Source: Octopus bimaculoides (lineage: Eukaryota). Taken from it: DNA of 53,714 nucleotides. The stretch covers positions 12,179,212 to 12,232,925 of the forward strand of contig NC_068993.1 in the NCBI RefSeq assembly GCF_001194135.2. The letters run 5' to 3'. Made by a program: the position numbers and the translations under genes. Below are positions 28,275 to 41,485 of this stretch, piece by piece. The notes beneath the pieces are model-generated. The model saw nothing but the letters and a program-made list of their open reading frames with translations. It searched no databases and was not told the DNA's origin. Positions within the stretch are counted from its first letter, which is position 1. Each line of letters begins with the position of its first letter.

Positions 28275-29689
28275 GCTAATTTCTAATATTGATAAAATGA
28301 AACATGAAAATCCAATATTTAAAACAGACATCCTCTCAATATTTTTACATTTCCAATTATGCAAATGTATACAATAAAACTGTACTGAAAATCATATATT
28401 AAAATTCGTTTGAAATATGCATTTTGTGTTATTGTAAAATTGTACAAAATGGGAACAAAAAACTAACAAAGCTAACGTCAAGTTTGGAACTAAAGTCAAA
28501 AAAGTATTCATTTTCTCTTTCAATATTGTGTTTAAAACGAATAGTATTTTTCTTTGCAATTTAATATTTTATAATCAAAACATTTCAGTTCCACTTACTC
28601 CGAACGAAATGTTCGTGATTACATATATAACATATTATTTCTTACTTAGAAAGGCACCATCTAATGCGTAGCATTTGCGGTTGGAAAGAGAAAATACTGT
28701 ATTAGCATCATACATACTTAAATAAAATAGTTGTGATGGAATTAAAGCAGTTAGTTAAATAGATCAATAAATTTTAAATTACAGCCCTCAAATTCATCCG
28801 AAAAGTTTCATCTTGACTAATTTAAATATCATTGATGTCTAACTAGGAACACGGGTCGATATTACGAATTATGTTTTGAAAAACAAATAATACCTGTCAG
28901 GATTTGAACACAAAGAAACAAAAGTAATAAAAGACATTACTAAGGGTTTTTGATTGTTCAGCCATACTACCATTCCACCTGCATCAGCGATATTTATAGC
29001 AGCCGTAGCTTTACTCAAAATCAAAAGCATAAATATTTCCATAAATTGTTAAATAAAGTATTAAATATTAATATTTAATAAAGTATAAAGTATTCACAAT
29101 AGCCTATTTTCGGTAATAGTTTTAATCGATAAACATGTAATCCTATCAGCTTAAGAATATTCATCTTATCACTCTGTTCTTCAAAGAACCCTTATATCTA
29201 TCAACATCAAAGAGTTAATTTAGTATACAAACGGTGCGAGAAAATAACTTATTTAAGTAAATATTTAATAGCCCTTTGTGTAGGGAAATGTTTCTATTTT
29301 GAATAAGGCATTTCTTAAATAAGACCTATAATTGCATTTCTTACGGATGTGTGCTCTGCTAGTAGATCATTAATTTTCAAAGCATACACTCCATGACTTG
29401 GCAATATTGTTGACCTAAATAACGTGTAAGTTATATAATTCTAGATATTTAGCTTGTATTTAATCATTAAGAATGCATTGCAACTGATTAGATATTGCAA
29501 TGTTAAACGCTTTACAGTGATTACTTCTGTTCGTAATAGATCTTACTTTAAATACTACGGGAGTTTATTCAAAATTTTGTCCATCTCATGATTGTTAGAA
29601 TAAGTGCCTTCATAATTGTTATTCATTGCGCTTAATGAAAATATCGTTCATATAGATATAATATATAATTGTAATATATTATACAAGAG

Positions 29690-29904
29690 AAAGGCAGCGA
29701 GCTGGTGGAAACGTTAGCACGCCGGGTCACATGCTTAGCGGTATTTCGTCTGTCCTTACGTTCTGAGTTCAAATTCCACAGAGGTCGACTTTGCCTTTCA
29801 TCCTTTACGGGTCAATAAATTAAGTTCTAGTTGTGTACTGGAGTCGATTCAATCGACTGGTCCCCTTCCCTAAAATTTCAGGTCTTGTGCCTACAATAGA
29901 AAAG
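29690..29904 (+). mobile_element. Full-length SINE family A with 17-bp TSD
   Basis: Box B GAGTTCAAATTCC; exact flanking direct repeat AATATATTATACAAGAG at 29673-29689 and 29905-29921. Confidence 0.92.
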
Positions 29905-30224
29905 AATATATTATACAAGAGTTATGTGCATTAGTGGAATCATTAAGGCATCGGTAAAACTATTTTGAGCTGAGTATTCCCGTTCATTGCATCAGAGTTC
30001 AAATCCCACCGACGAACCTTTCATGCTTTTCAAAACACACAAAAAAAATATTTTATTCAGTTTTGAATTCGTTTCTTTTCAGATTTTAATGAATGAAATT
30101 GACAAAACAAACACTTTGCTCATTCATAGGCCAACAGGTTTGGGGGTCTGACGATGCGCCATACACATACACTCTTTATGGACGGAAAACGCAGGTTAAT
30201 CCCATAAACTGACCTTATATATAT

Positions 30225-30882
30225 ATGGATCCTTCGAACTTTCAAAACAAGAGAAGAGAAAAAGAAACCATGATGGTCCTGTGGAGGACGTTCGTTCTAA
30301 GCCATCTGGATTACTGCTCCCAAATATGGTCACCAAACAGTGTAACATTAACGACGGAACTCGAGGCGATCCAGCGATGTTACACAAAGCCGATTGACAC
30401 AACGTGACATATCAGCTACTGAGAGAAACTGGCAGAGTTAAAACTCTACTCCCTAGAGCGAAGGCAGGAAAGATATGTATTAATATACACCTGGAAAATA
30501 CTCGGAAAAAATATGGCAAACTGTGGCATTGTCAGTTATATAAACAGCAGTACGGGGTGCCGCTGCGAAGTACCAAAAACTCTACCATTGCCGGCGATAC
30601 AAAATCAGGAACTGCAACAGATTGCGTTTCAATAGCCCACAGCTCGTCAACGTCCTCCTAGAAAGCCTGAGAAATCTGTTTTGTCGTGGATATATATATA
30701 TATATATATAAACAAATGGGTGGAAAAACGACCGAAAAGGGCACTCAAAACAATCAGTTAGAGTTACAGGATAGGGTTACCAACCACCAATGGGTACGGA
30801 AACTGACCTCCACAGCTTTATATATTCCCTGGAAACCCCTAATTTCGTCTCCATATACGAGGTATGCACACATTAATAAATA
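30225..30882 (+). mobile_element. Decayed CR1/L2-group LINE: ORF2 C-terminal region and 3' end
   Basis: Translates as WILRTFKTR/MMVLWRTFVLSHLDYCSQIWSP..ELEAIQRCYTK..ISY*EKLAELKLYSLERRQERYVLIYTWKILG, the typical post-RT motif string of CR1/L2 LINEs, with stops and a frameshift. Confidence 0.85.
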
Positions 30883-31175
30883 CATTGCCGGCGATACAAA
30901 ATCAGTAACTGCACCAGCTTGGGTTTCAATAGCCCACAGCTCGTCAACGTCCTCCTAGAAAGCCTGAGAAACCTGTTTTGTCGTGGATATATATATATAT
31001 AAACAAATGGGTGGAAAATCGACCGAAAAGGGCACTCAAAACAATCTGTTAGAGTTACAGGATAGGGTTACCAACCACCAATGGGTACGGAAACTGACCT
31101 CCACAGCTTTATATATTCCCTGGAAACCCCTAATTTCGTCTCCATATACGAGGTATGCACACATTAATAAATACA
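30586..31175 (+). repeat. ~297-bp tandem duplication of the LINE 3' end and flank
   Basis: Unit 1 (30586-30882) and unit 2 (30883-~31175) are nearly identical. Confidence 0.95.
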
Positions 31176-32978
31176 TATAAGACACGTACGCCAGCATCTA
31201 CATACACTCACACACAAACACGCAAACACCCTTCCTCGCACGCATACGCAACCGTAACTACACTAGCATACATCACACCCGTTTACACAAATACATCTCT
31301 CACACCAGTACAAATGCGTATACATAAAGAAGAGAAGTATATATAATCACAAGTACTCATTGAATACATATTGCTCAGATCACGTATATATATATTTGCC
31401 AATTATCTAAGTGTCTTTGTTCGTATGTGGAATTTATTTGTGCGCGCATATATAACCACACACACAGAGATACTCACGCACCCTTGACGAGGGAGGTGTG
31501 CAGTGAAATATATATATGCGCGCGCGCGTGTGTTTAAAATCGCTGAAGCTGCTATGCACTAGGAACAGAACTGGAACCTTGTGATTGGAAAGGAGACCTC
31601 TAAACTCATTGGCTGTCCCTACATACCTTATCATTAATGTACAAATAGTTTTAGCGACCGGTTATCAACTTCGCACAGAGATAGATAGTGACTAAATAAA
31701 TATAAAAGAAAGTTATATCTTGTCGAAAATGCTATAGTGCCTTCAAGTCTGAGATTACAGGATATAACATCAGCAGACTTTAATTTTTACTAAAATGCAT
31801 ACAATCAAATTTGTTCTGCCACTGTGCAATGTTCTATAACGTACCACCGAGTGTTTTGTGGCGAAACCATACAAATACGTACCTAGGGTGCTGCGTAAGT
31901 GTGCATGAGAACACTGAACAGGCTTCAGATGAAAAGAACGAATGAGAAATTTAAGAGCAAATACAGACTCTATGTTGACACAGCCAAACTCAAATGCCAT
32001 AACATGTCATCCAAACACCTGTTGCAAGATCACCAAGAAGGAATACTTGATGCGTTTTCACCTCTTGCTGTGCACGTAACACTTGTTTAGTTAGGAGTTC
32101 TGAGATGAGAGGTACAAAACAAAATATTATGAATATTAACATTGCTAGTACTTTTCTTCATGTATAATTTTGATAGTTTCATTCGGATATTCGCCCAGCA
32201 ATACATGCTTCTAATTAGTTGCCAATCATTATTAGCCCATAGTTATTTTGTCTTACTTTTCTCTGGTTAGTTACTCTTCACAACTTCTTAGTGACTTCAC
32301 GGAAATGATAGGAATCTGTTCTTTAATATCACTGTAATCCGCACATGTCAGTATCTTTCTCTGCTTCCATTGTACTGAACGTATAGCTCGGTCTGGTTAG
32401 ATGTAATATTTTTACCGTCGATTATCTACATGTGAATACTTGCCTGTAATTGTTTGCGTTTAATAGTATTTGTTTACTCCTATTATATTATTTCTCAGGG
32501 ATTACTATTTTTCAATCAATTTTCCCTTCAGACTGAAATATGTGGAATATGTGAAAGTCAGAGAAAACGTCTGCTTACAATAGAAACAATTGAATACTCC
32601 ATTATATACAATGACTGTGCTTCTCCAAACATTACATCTCACCTAAAATTCTTTGGAGATTATTGAATAGTTATTGAATGACGAATATATATATAGACTA
32701 ACATATACATATTCACACATATATACAATTATGCATTTTGGTCTAAATATTTCCGGGGAATCTTGTGTCAGAATTTGTTCTTAAACCGAACTCCCATGCG
32801 TAACTCTCTCTAGCGCATTTGTTAAAAGTAGAAACATCTGTCTAGGTTTATACAAGTATGCTCATATAGTTGTGAAGCATTGCCAGCAAATAGTGCACAT
32901 AAGCATTTCAATAATTCACGTATAAATATATGTACGTATGTATGTATGTATTAGCTATATATATATATATATATATAT

Positions 32979-33016
<38 letters not shown>

Positions 33017-33303
33017 NNNNNNNNNNNNNNNNNNNNNNNNNNNNNNNNNNNNNNNNNNNNNNNNNNNNNNNNNNNNNNNNNNNNNNNNNNNNNNNNNNNN
33101 NNNNNNNNNNNNNNNNNNNNNNNNNNNNNNNNNNNNNNNNNNNNNNNNNNNNNNNNNNNNNNNNNNNNNNNNNNNNNNNNNNNNNNNNNNNNNNNNNNNN
33201 NNNNNNNNNNNNNNNNNNNNNNNNNNNNNNNNNNNNNNNNNNNNNNNNNNNNNNNNNNNNNNNNNNNNNNNNNNNNNNNNNNNNNNNNNNNNNNNNNNNN
33301 NNN
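33017..33303. other. Assembly gap
   Basis: N run between (CA)n and (TA)n. Confidence 1.
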
Positions 33304-33987
33304 TATATATATATATATATAAACGTAGAGATGAATGTATATTTGTACACCCGCATCATTTCTAAATCACGTAAACTTAATCGCTCCTATGTATTACATT
33401 TGGTCTCGTTGAGTACATGATAAATATTTTAATATTGTTTTCTTTGTAATAACGACCTAGTCAGCTCTTTATTTGGGCTTATATATATATTTCACATAGT
33501 TTTATTTTGCTTCAGCCTCCACTAACGTATCACACATGATAATAATAATAAAGACGATGACGATGACAGTAATAACGATGGTGATGATGATGATACTTGG
33601 GTATAGATGTGAACAATAGATCGGTTTTCTCTCCGTTTTTATATTTTTAGAATTGCAAATATACACATTTGGAGCAGAATTATGAAGTAACATTATACTT
33701 GTCATGTTCATATTTTAACAAACCAATATTTATTTTAATGTTTACTGCTTTGTTTTGGTTAGAAATTTCATCAACATCTGTAGTACTCCAATGAATTCCA
33801 ATCTTCCCAGAGAAACTATCGAGAGTTTGAATAAATAAAACCTAGTATTACTGAGTACGAAATAATACAATACGATATAATAAAAAACAATTAGACAATT
33901 AGAAAAGCTGGAAGTGAGTACACGTATACATATATGCATACATACATATATATATGTATATTATATATATTGGTGTGTGTGTGTGTG

Positions 33988-34026
<39 letters not shown>

Positions 34027-34057
34027 GTACATATGTATATATATATATATATATATA

Positions 34058-34471
34058 NNNNNNNNNNNNNNNNNNNNNNNNNNNNNNNNNNNNNNNNNNN
34101 NNNNNNNNNNNNNNNNNNNNNNNNNNNNNNNNNNNNNNNNNNNNNNNNNNNNNNNNNNNNNNNNNNNNNNNNNNNNNNNNNNNNNNNNNNNNNNNNNNNN
34201 NNNNNNNNNNNNNNNNNNNNNNNNNNNNNNNNNNNNNNNNNNNNNNNNNNNNNNNNNNNNNNNNNNNNNNNNNNNNNNNNNNNNNNNNNNNNNNNNNNNN
34301 NNNNNNNNNNNNNNNNNNNNNNNNNNNNNNNNNNNNNNNNNNNNNNNNNNNNNNNNNNNNNNNNNNNNNNNNNNNNNNNNNNNNNNNNNNNNNNNNNNNN
34401 NNNNNNNNNNNNNNNNNNNNNNNNNNNNNNNNNNNNNNNNNNNNNNNNNNNNNNNNNNNNNNNNNNNNNNN
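34058..34471. other. Assembly gap
   Basis: N run after (TA)n. Confidence 1.
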
Positions 34472-34641
34472 GTTAATATATGTATATATACATACACACA
34501 TATACATACCTGGTTTCATCAGTAAGTATCCGGACTGTTGACATAGTCGCGAAGATAAAGAACGCAGAGTGAAGCTACTTGGATGATATTGACCTAAAAC
34601 TCTGATGTGCTTCCGACCTACGTTTTAACGTCGCTACCTCA

Positions 34642-35355
34642 CTTTATGAGTTCAATAAAGGCCACAGCGCAACGAAAAGTGCGAGGAATATTAATGCAGT
34701 ATATTGGGATCGGACAATAAGCGTAAGCCAAAGTCAACGGTGGTTCCAGAAATTCCGAGCCGGAAACAATAGTCTAGAAGACGAGCCTCGACCTGGAAGA
34801 TCTGTAGATATCGATGAGGAACGACGTCCTACAAACCCTGGCGGAACAAAATCCGTTTGTAACTGTTGAGGAACTAGCAGAGAAGCTTAGATTTGTTCAT
34901 TCAACCAGTCACTGAAGTCAGCCCAAGAACATAAAAGAACATCTTTGGTTTCAAGACGAATGGTGTTCTTCGATCACATAATGCTCGGCCGGATACAGCG
35001 AGGATGACTGTCTAAAGGCTGGAGCAGTTTGAATGCGGAACGATGCCCCACCCACCATATTCGCCCGACATTACCCCATCTGATTATCATTTATTCCGCA
35101 ATCTTCAAAATCAGTAGGACGGAAAAAATATGAATTCTGTAAGACGAGGTCAGAGGAGTACTGGAGGAGTATTTTTCGTCATGGACAAATGAATTTTGAA
35201 AGAGGGGCTTTCAAATAGGAATCCACCAGATAGATGGATGAGCATTGTACAAAATGACGGAGAGTATATTTTAGATTAAAAAATAACTTTGTTTATCTTA
35301 ATTTTGAAAATAAAAAGAATTATAAAAAACTGCATTATTTATGAAATGACCCAAT
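34642..35355 (+). mobile_element. Mariner transposase pseudogene with internal deletion and probable right TIR
   Basis: HTH region LYEFNKGHSATKSARNINAVY..QRWFQKFRAGNNSLEDEPRPGRS from 34642, then NARP, HPPYSPDITPSDYHLF and RW..IVQNDGEYILD*; carries frameshifts and stops; ends ATGAAATGACCCAAT. Confidence 0.92.
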
Positions 35356-35847
35356 GTGTACATATGTGTGTGTGCATATGCACTTGTCCTTATATGTATA
35401 TATATAAGCTCATTCTTGTGTTACATACTCTCTCTATGTGCACACATATCACACACACACACACACACGCACACTCGCAATACACACACACGTACAGACA
35501 TACGCGCGCGCGCATATTATTTAATAAACAATTTATGTTTCTATGCACTGCTATTATATTTCTATGCTGAGAACGTGCCAAATAGTGTTTTATAACACCT
35601 TTCGTGTCCCAATATAATCAGCAGACACTGCCCAAATGGCATAACGAGATAAAAATGGGACGAGAAAGAAGCGAAAAAAGCCAAGTAGGAAGTATATACA
35701 AATAAAATGGAAAGTTGAAAAACCTGCAAACGAAAAATTAATCAGAAAGACGGAAAAGGGGAATAAGAGTTATTTCCCTTAGACCGTAGATTAGAAGGCT
35801 GAAAAATATAGTGGTCTTGTTCTTACGGATTATTACACTTATGTGTG

Positions 35848-35894
<47 letters not shown>

Positions 35895-35898
<4 letters not shown>

Positions 35899-36200
35899 AC
35901 TGCCACTCTGTCTGTTACGACGACGAGTATTCAGATTCATCCGATTAACGGAACAACCTGCTTCTGTAATTAACATGCAAGCAAGTGCATGAGCATCCCA
36001 CAGACATCCATGAACGTGGTTCTCAGGGAAATTCAGCGTGACACAGGGTGTGACAAGGCCCTTTCAAATATATGCACTACTCAATTTTGTCAGCTGAGTG
36101 GACTGGGGCAACGTGAAATAAGGTGTGTTGCTCATGGACACTATGTGGCGCCGCGAATTAAGCTCACCACCTTCCGATGGAGAGCATTCGAGGATTAGAA
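35895..36200 (-). mobile_element. SINE sharing the 3' module of family B but with a different 5' half
   Basis: The reverse complement of 35895-36062 aligns to 37790-37965, whereas 36065-36200 does not align closely to the family B head. Confidence 0.8.
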
Positions 36201-37578
36201 TGAACGAATATAAGGAAAAATAGATGAGATTGTCTGATTTGAGTTCGTAGTTTGTAGAGATTTCTCACTGTATTTTATGCAAGAATCTAAGCAATGTACC
36301 TTGTATTTCCCTAACAATGATTTCCCTCTCTAAACATTTTTGCATCGTTTGGCAAGTGATTTTGAACAATTTAGCTGACTGCACACTCTGGACTTTTTAT
36401 AAACACACACTGAACCTTCTCTGGGATATAATCTTTGTAATGTGCTTGTGGAAATGCCTTGATACTGTACGTATATTTCGTGTTATAGTCTAGGATATCT
36501 GTGTTGTCATTTCTATATACGTGCTTTAGTAATGTATAAACCAGCAAGTACAAGAAATAATCTACAAGTAGATATTTCACATAGATTTTGCAACACATTA
36601 CCTTGTGTTAGAGAAAATTGAATCGCGTGGAATATGGTTTGCTTCCTTCTTACAATCATTTAGTAAAAGGAAGGCCTGCTATAGATACTTAAACCCTGGA
36701 ACCACTAATGGTACAATTCTATATATAACATTTTGATCAATGATTTGAGATCAATATTCCAGTAATCGAAGAGTGACACCAGTGCCCACTCTTCTCCCAC
36801 TCCCCAAATAAGTACTTTCTGAACTGATAGGATGTTATTTTTTAATTACGCTTTAGACATAAACACTTCTGTTTGTTTTTGACAAGATTTTCAATTAGAA
36901 TAACATCACATGAGAATGTGATAACATAAGAAATTAATCTATCAAATACATTTAAATTAATTTTAAGCTTAATAGACTAATCACTATCTAAATATAAAGT
37001 TAGATGCTGCACGCCAATTTTAGATGTCACTTAATATTTCATAATTGCTGCTATAATTAGACGATAAAGTAATATACATTACGACTATATATTTCCAGCA
37101 TCTACTTCATAGCATACGGCTGTAACATTCATGCCCGATTTTTCACTGTAATTTTTTTACTTTGCCTTATGAATTTTCGAATCGAGGCAGCAAACTGATA
37201 TGAACAGGAAAGCGTCGTAGAGAAACCTTGTTATTTCTTACGGATATTATCTACCTGGGTTCAAATTTCAGCGATGTAAATTTTGCATTTCATAATATCA
37301 GTGCTGAGAAACTTATACCAAGATATTACTAGTGCAGATGATACCAACTTGCATTTCCTACAAAATTGCTGACCGTTTTCTTTAAAGTCGAAAATACGAA
37401 TTTTAGAATTTATGGATCCTCCGTAGCTTCATCCTTTGCTTTGTTTCATTTAAATAAAGTTGCTTGGAGATCTAAGGAAAACATGTCAAGATTTATTGTG
37501 ACCCGTTTGTTGAATGTGCACGAAAGAAACAAACGTAGCAACGTAGATTCATGATTCTCATAGAGTGGTGTATTACTC

Positions 37579-37966
37579 TGTGGAAGCGCAATAGCCCAGT
37601 GGTTAGGGCAGCGGACTCGCGGTTATAGGATCGCGGTTTCGATTCCCAGACAGGGCGCTGTGAGTGTTTATTGAGCGAAAACACCTAAAGCTCCACCAGG
37701 CTCCGGCAGGGGATGGTGGCGAACCCTGCTGTACTCTTTCACCACAACTTTCTCTCACCCTTACTTCCTGTTTCTGTTGTGCCTGTAATTCAAAGGGTCA
37801 GCCTTGTCACACTGTGTCACGCTGAATATCCCCGAGAACTACGTTAAGGGTACACGTATCTGTGGAGTGCTCAGCCACTTGCACGTTAATTTCACGAACA
37901 GGCTGTTCCGTTGATCGGATCAACTGGAACTCTCGACGTCGTAAGCGACGGAGTGCCAACAACAAA
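37579..37966 (+). mobile_element. Full-length SINE family B with (ACA)n tail and probable 8-bp TSD
   Basis: tRNA-like head with box A and B; tail GTGCCAACAACAAA; TGTATTAC at 37569-37576 and 37967-37974. Confidence 0.9.
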
Positions 37967-38958
37967 TGTATTACCCATGCTCACAGGCAATTCGAAAGAC
38001 AACACCCTTAAGAAAACTTACTTCTCGCGTGTCAAAGTTTGTAGATCCTTAAAAGGCATATTCCGCAGTAAAGCCTCTGTCAAGCTGAAGTTCCCACTAC
38101 TTGTTTTGAAGTTTCAAATTATTTACAAATAGATCTCCTCTTATCCTGCCCCATATCTAAATATATTATAATAATTTCACCTCTCATCACATATCAACAT
38201 CTCAGACATGTAAGTGCCAAGTGCGATCTCGAAATTGTATATATGCTTAAAATATTCTATCCTAAACAATATATCCCACACCATCACACTTCCTGACAGC
38301 TTTTATAAAGTATCGTCATTGCATTTTAATAGAAGAAATTAATTAATAAATAATCAAATTTCAAAACTTCATTGTCCTTAATGATTCTAATTGAAATACC
38401 AATAAAAAATGCTTTTGTGGAAACGACCAATTCCCTCGTGTCTTATAAATACATAACAATAGGATATAACTAATACCGAGACGTGTGACCTACTGTTGGC
38501 GTAGGAATAAAACCAGCCGTGTTTTACTTACTGACTCTAAGACAATGAATGTTTCACCTTTTCCATTTACTTGTCACAACAATATCACCAGATTAAAAGA
38601 CCAAACCATTAGCAATAAGAGTTTCAAAGATGTTTTTCTTATTATGTATTGTTTTAGTTGATAATGGTGTATTTTGTTTGCTTATAATTGTTGCTTGCTA
38701 TATTTCTAGACTTGTTTGTTTATTTATTTACACTGTCGAATTATACACAAGCAGAAGAAAATTGCCACCTTAACACCGTACCTACTATATGCTCGTAAAT
38801 AATAGATGTAATTGGAGTCTGGCTGCTAAGCAGATTACAATTTACTTAGCGATGTTCTTGGCATTTTGAATTACGGATACGGCAAAATCTAAATTTGCTA
38901 TTGTTTCTAACTACAACTGAAAATTAGCCACCTTATTAAACGTTGTATATATACAAAT

Positions 38959-38989
<31 letters not shown>

Positions 38990-39039
38990 CATTATTCATA
39001 CATACATACATAAATACATATATATATATATATATACAT

Positions 39040-39083
<44 letters not shown>

Positions 39084-39248
39084 GTGTATGTATATATATA
39101 AACATGTGTATACATGCTTATATATTTGTATGCACACAGGCACACACACATATATATGTATATGTGTGTACCTGTGTGTGCTTACATAGGAATTTGTATG
39201 AAGACGCGTATATATATATATGTCTGTGTGTGTGTATATACATATATC

Positions 39249-39297
<49 letters not shown>

Positions 39298-39859
39298 TCT
39301 GTAGCTTTATTCCGATCCTGTTGAAATATATTTACTTGAAATGTGGCAGCTAAATTGTCGATAAACGATAAGAAAATCTATTAGACTGACGGCTCATGTG
39401 TTCCATGATCAAACACATTTTCTTGTGTTTCGCGTTTGTTGGTTTAATTTTACTGCTAGTGACGATTTTCTTTTTTCTTTTTCTGTTATGCATCAAGATT
39501 GTCAGCGAAAGATTGCAGCAATATACTGGATTTATATCCACGTAGATATTTATCTGTCACGCGATTAACAAATATAAATCACGTTCCTTACATGTTCTTA
39601 TAATTTAAAGAAAAGTATATCTATGAAATGTTTTCTTAACTTAATGCCCAGAGTGCTATATAAATTATGTGCAAAACTCACTGTATCTTACATTATATTT
39701 ATGCCTTTCTGTTCCGAGTTAAACTTCCAATTGATTTTGATATTGTCCTTCAACTTCTGGATTCGGTAAACCGTATGACGGTTTTGTAATACAATTGATG
39801 CTATCGACACAATCCGTGTGCAGTTAATCTCTTATCCTAAGCTCATTACTCAATATATT

Positions 39860-40081
39860 TTGGGTTTCAAATTTTAGCATTAGACCAACAATTTGAGGGG
39901 AGGGGTAACTTGATCGTATCAACCCCCACTGCTGCTGAATTGGCATTTACTTTATCAACTCCGAAATCATAAAATGCAAAGTCGACCAGGGTGGAATATA
40001 AACTCAGAATGTAATGACGGACGAAATGCTACTGAGAATTTTGTCCGACGCACTAACGATTCTTCTGCTCACTGTGTTTAG
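39860..40081 (-). mobile_element. SINE family A with 10-bp TSD
   Basis: Reverse-complement family A body; TCAATATATT at 39850-39859 and 40082-40091. Confidence 0.85.
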
Positions 40082-40095
40082 TCAATATATTATTT

Positions 40096-40496
40096 GGATC
40101 TTTTCCTTTTGGGCGGCACATAGAAAGAATAATTTTTTGTAACTAAACACTTTCAAATTTCGTTTATTGGTAGAATGTGTCATTTTAAACATCATTTACA
40201 CTTGGCGTTTTTAAGAAAATTGTTTATTTTCGAAGTTATTTCGTGTTAAAGTTGTCGTATTTCGGTAATTTCAACCACAGCAGTAATTGTTTTCACCTCA
40301 ATCGACGTCATTGATTGGTTGAAATTACCGAAATACGACAACTTTAACACGAAATAACTTCGAAAATAAAGATTATTCTTAAAAGCGCTAAGAGTAAATA
40401 ATGTTTTAAATGACACATTCTATCAGTATACGAAATTTGAAAGTGTTTAGTTACAAAAAATTATTTTTCTATGTGCCGGCCAAAAGGAAAGGATCC
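40096..40496. mobile_element. Foldback/MITE-type non-autonomous DNA transposon with ~182-bp inverted arms and 8-bp TSD
   Basis: Arms 40096-40277 and 40316-40496 are inverted repeats; termini GGATC...GGATCC; TATTATTT at 40088-40095 and 40497-40504. Confidence 0.9.
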
Positions 40497-41299
40497 TATT
40501 ATTTATATCCATGAAACGATTTTCAGTTTTGAAATCAGAGTAAGAGAAGTTAGAATCACAGATTAGGATTTTCATTATAGATATGCATTAAGCATAAAAA
40601 TAGCTAAAGAATGAAACACCTTCTAGAATTACTACAAATATATAATGTTTTACATTTGTAACGTCTAATATTCATAGATTTTGGACATTTATAGGATGTT
40701 CTTGTGTTCATTTTTGGTACGCCTATTATGTTGTTGTGCATATTACGAAGACTATACGATGATGCGTAGAAACTAAAAAAATTACAAAACTTGTTTACAG
40801 GTATGATATTATTATCAATCTTGATATGTTTTCTCTTCAAAGCAATCACATTTCCGACTCTGAAAAATATTGATTTATGTGGATTTTGTTTTTAACAATG
40901 CCTTTGTAGGCAAACTTTATACATGTGAGTAAACATTTCGGCTTAGATATATTGTCGTATGTACGTTATATTATAAACAAGACAATGTCTGGAAAAGGCG
41001 TATAAGATCTCACACAAATAATATATGCAATAATAGACCATAGAAAAGACTAAGCTCCCTTAAGCTAATTAATGCTGAATCATTGAAAGAATTTTACAGG
41101 AAAAAACATATACGTCGGTATTCAAAACAAAAAAAAAATGCTGCAAATGAAACAAAGTAATTCACGTGAAAAACCTTGCACTTATATTTAAACAGAAATA
41201 TAGCAGAAAGATCATGTAAAGCCAAAGGGTGCTACTGAACTGAAATGGGAATATCCGTTTTGAGAACGTCCTGTATATGAAGTAAAATACTCCTAAAAT

Positions 41300-41424
41300 T
41301 TTGTCGTTCTCGATGGTTGAAGGGCAAAGTCGATCTCGGTGGAATTTAAATTCAGAACATGACAGATGGAATGCAACTAAGCATTTTGCCCGGCATGCCA
41401 ACGATTATGCCAGCTCACTGTCTT
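41300..41424 (-). mobile_element. SINE family A 5' half
   Basis: GAAGGGCAAAGTCGATCTCGGTGGAATTTAAATTCAGAAC...GCCAGCTCACTGTCTTA. Confidence 0.8.
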
Positions 41425-41428
41425 ACTG

Positions 41429-41484
<56 letters not shown>

Positions 41485-41485
41485 G
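41425..41485. repeat. (CTA)n microsatellite
   Basis: Direct reading. Confidence 0.97.

Noticed and set aside
30586-31175. CRISPR-like array or other prokaryotic system
   Set aside because: No repeat-spacer structure, operons or prokaryotic genes anywhere; the repeats are eukaryotic TEs and microsatellites.
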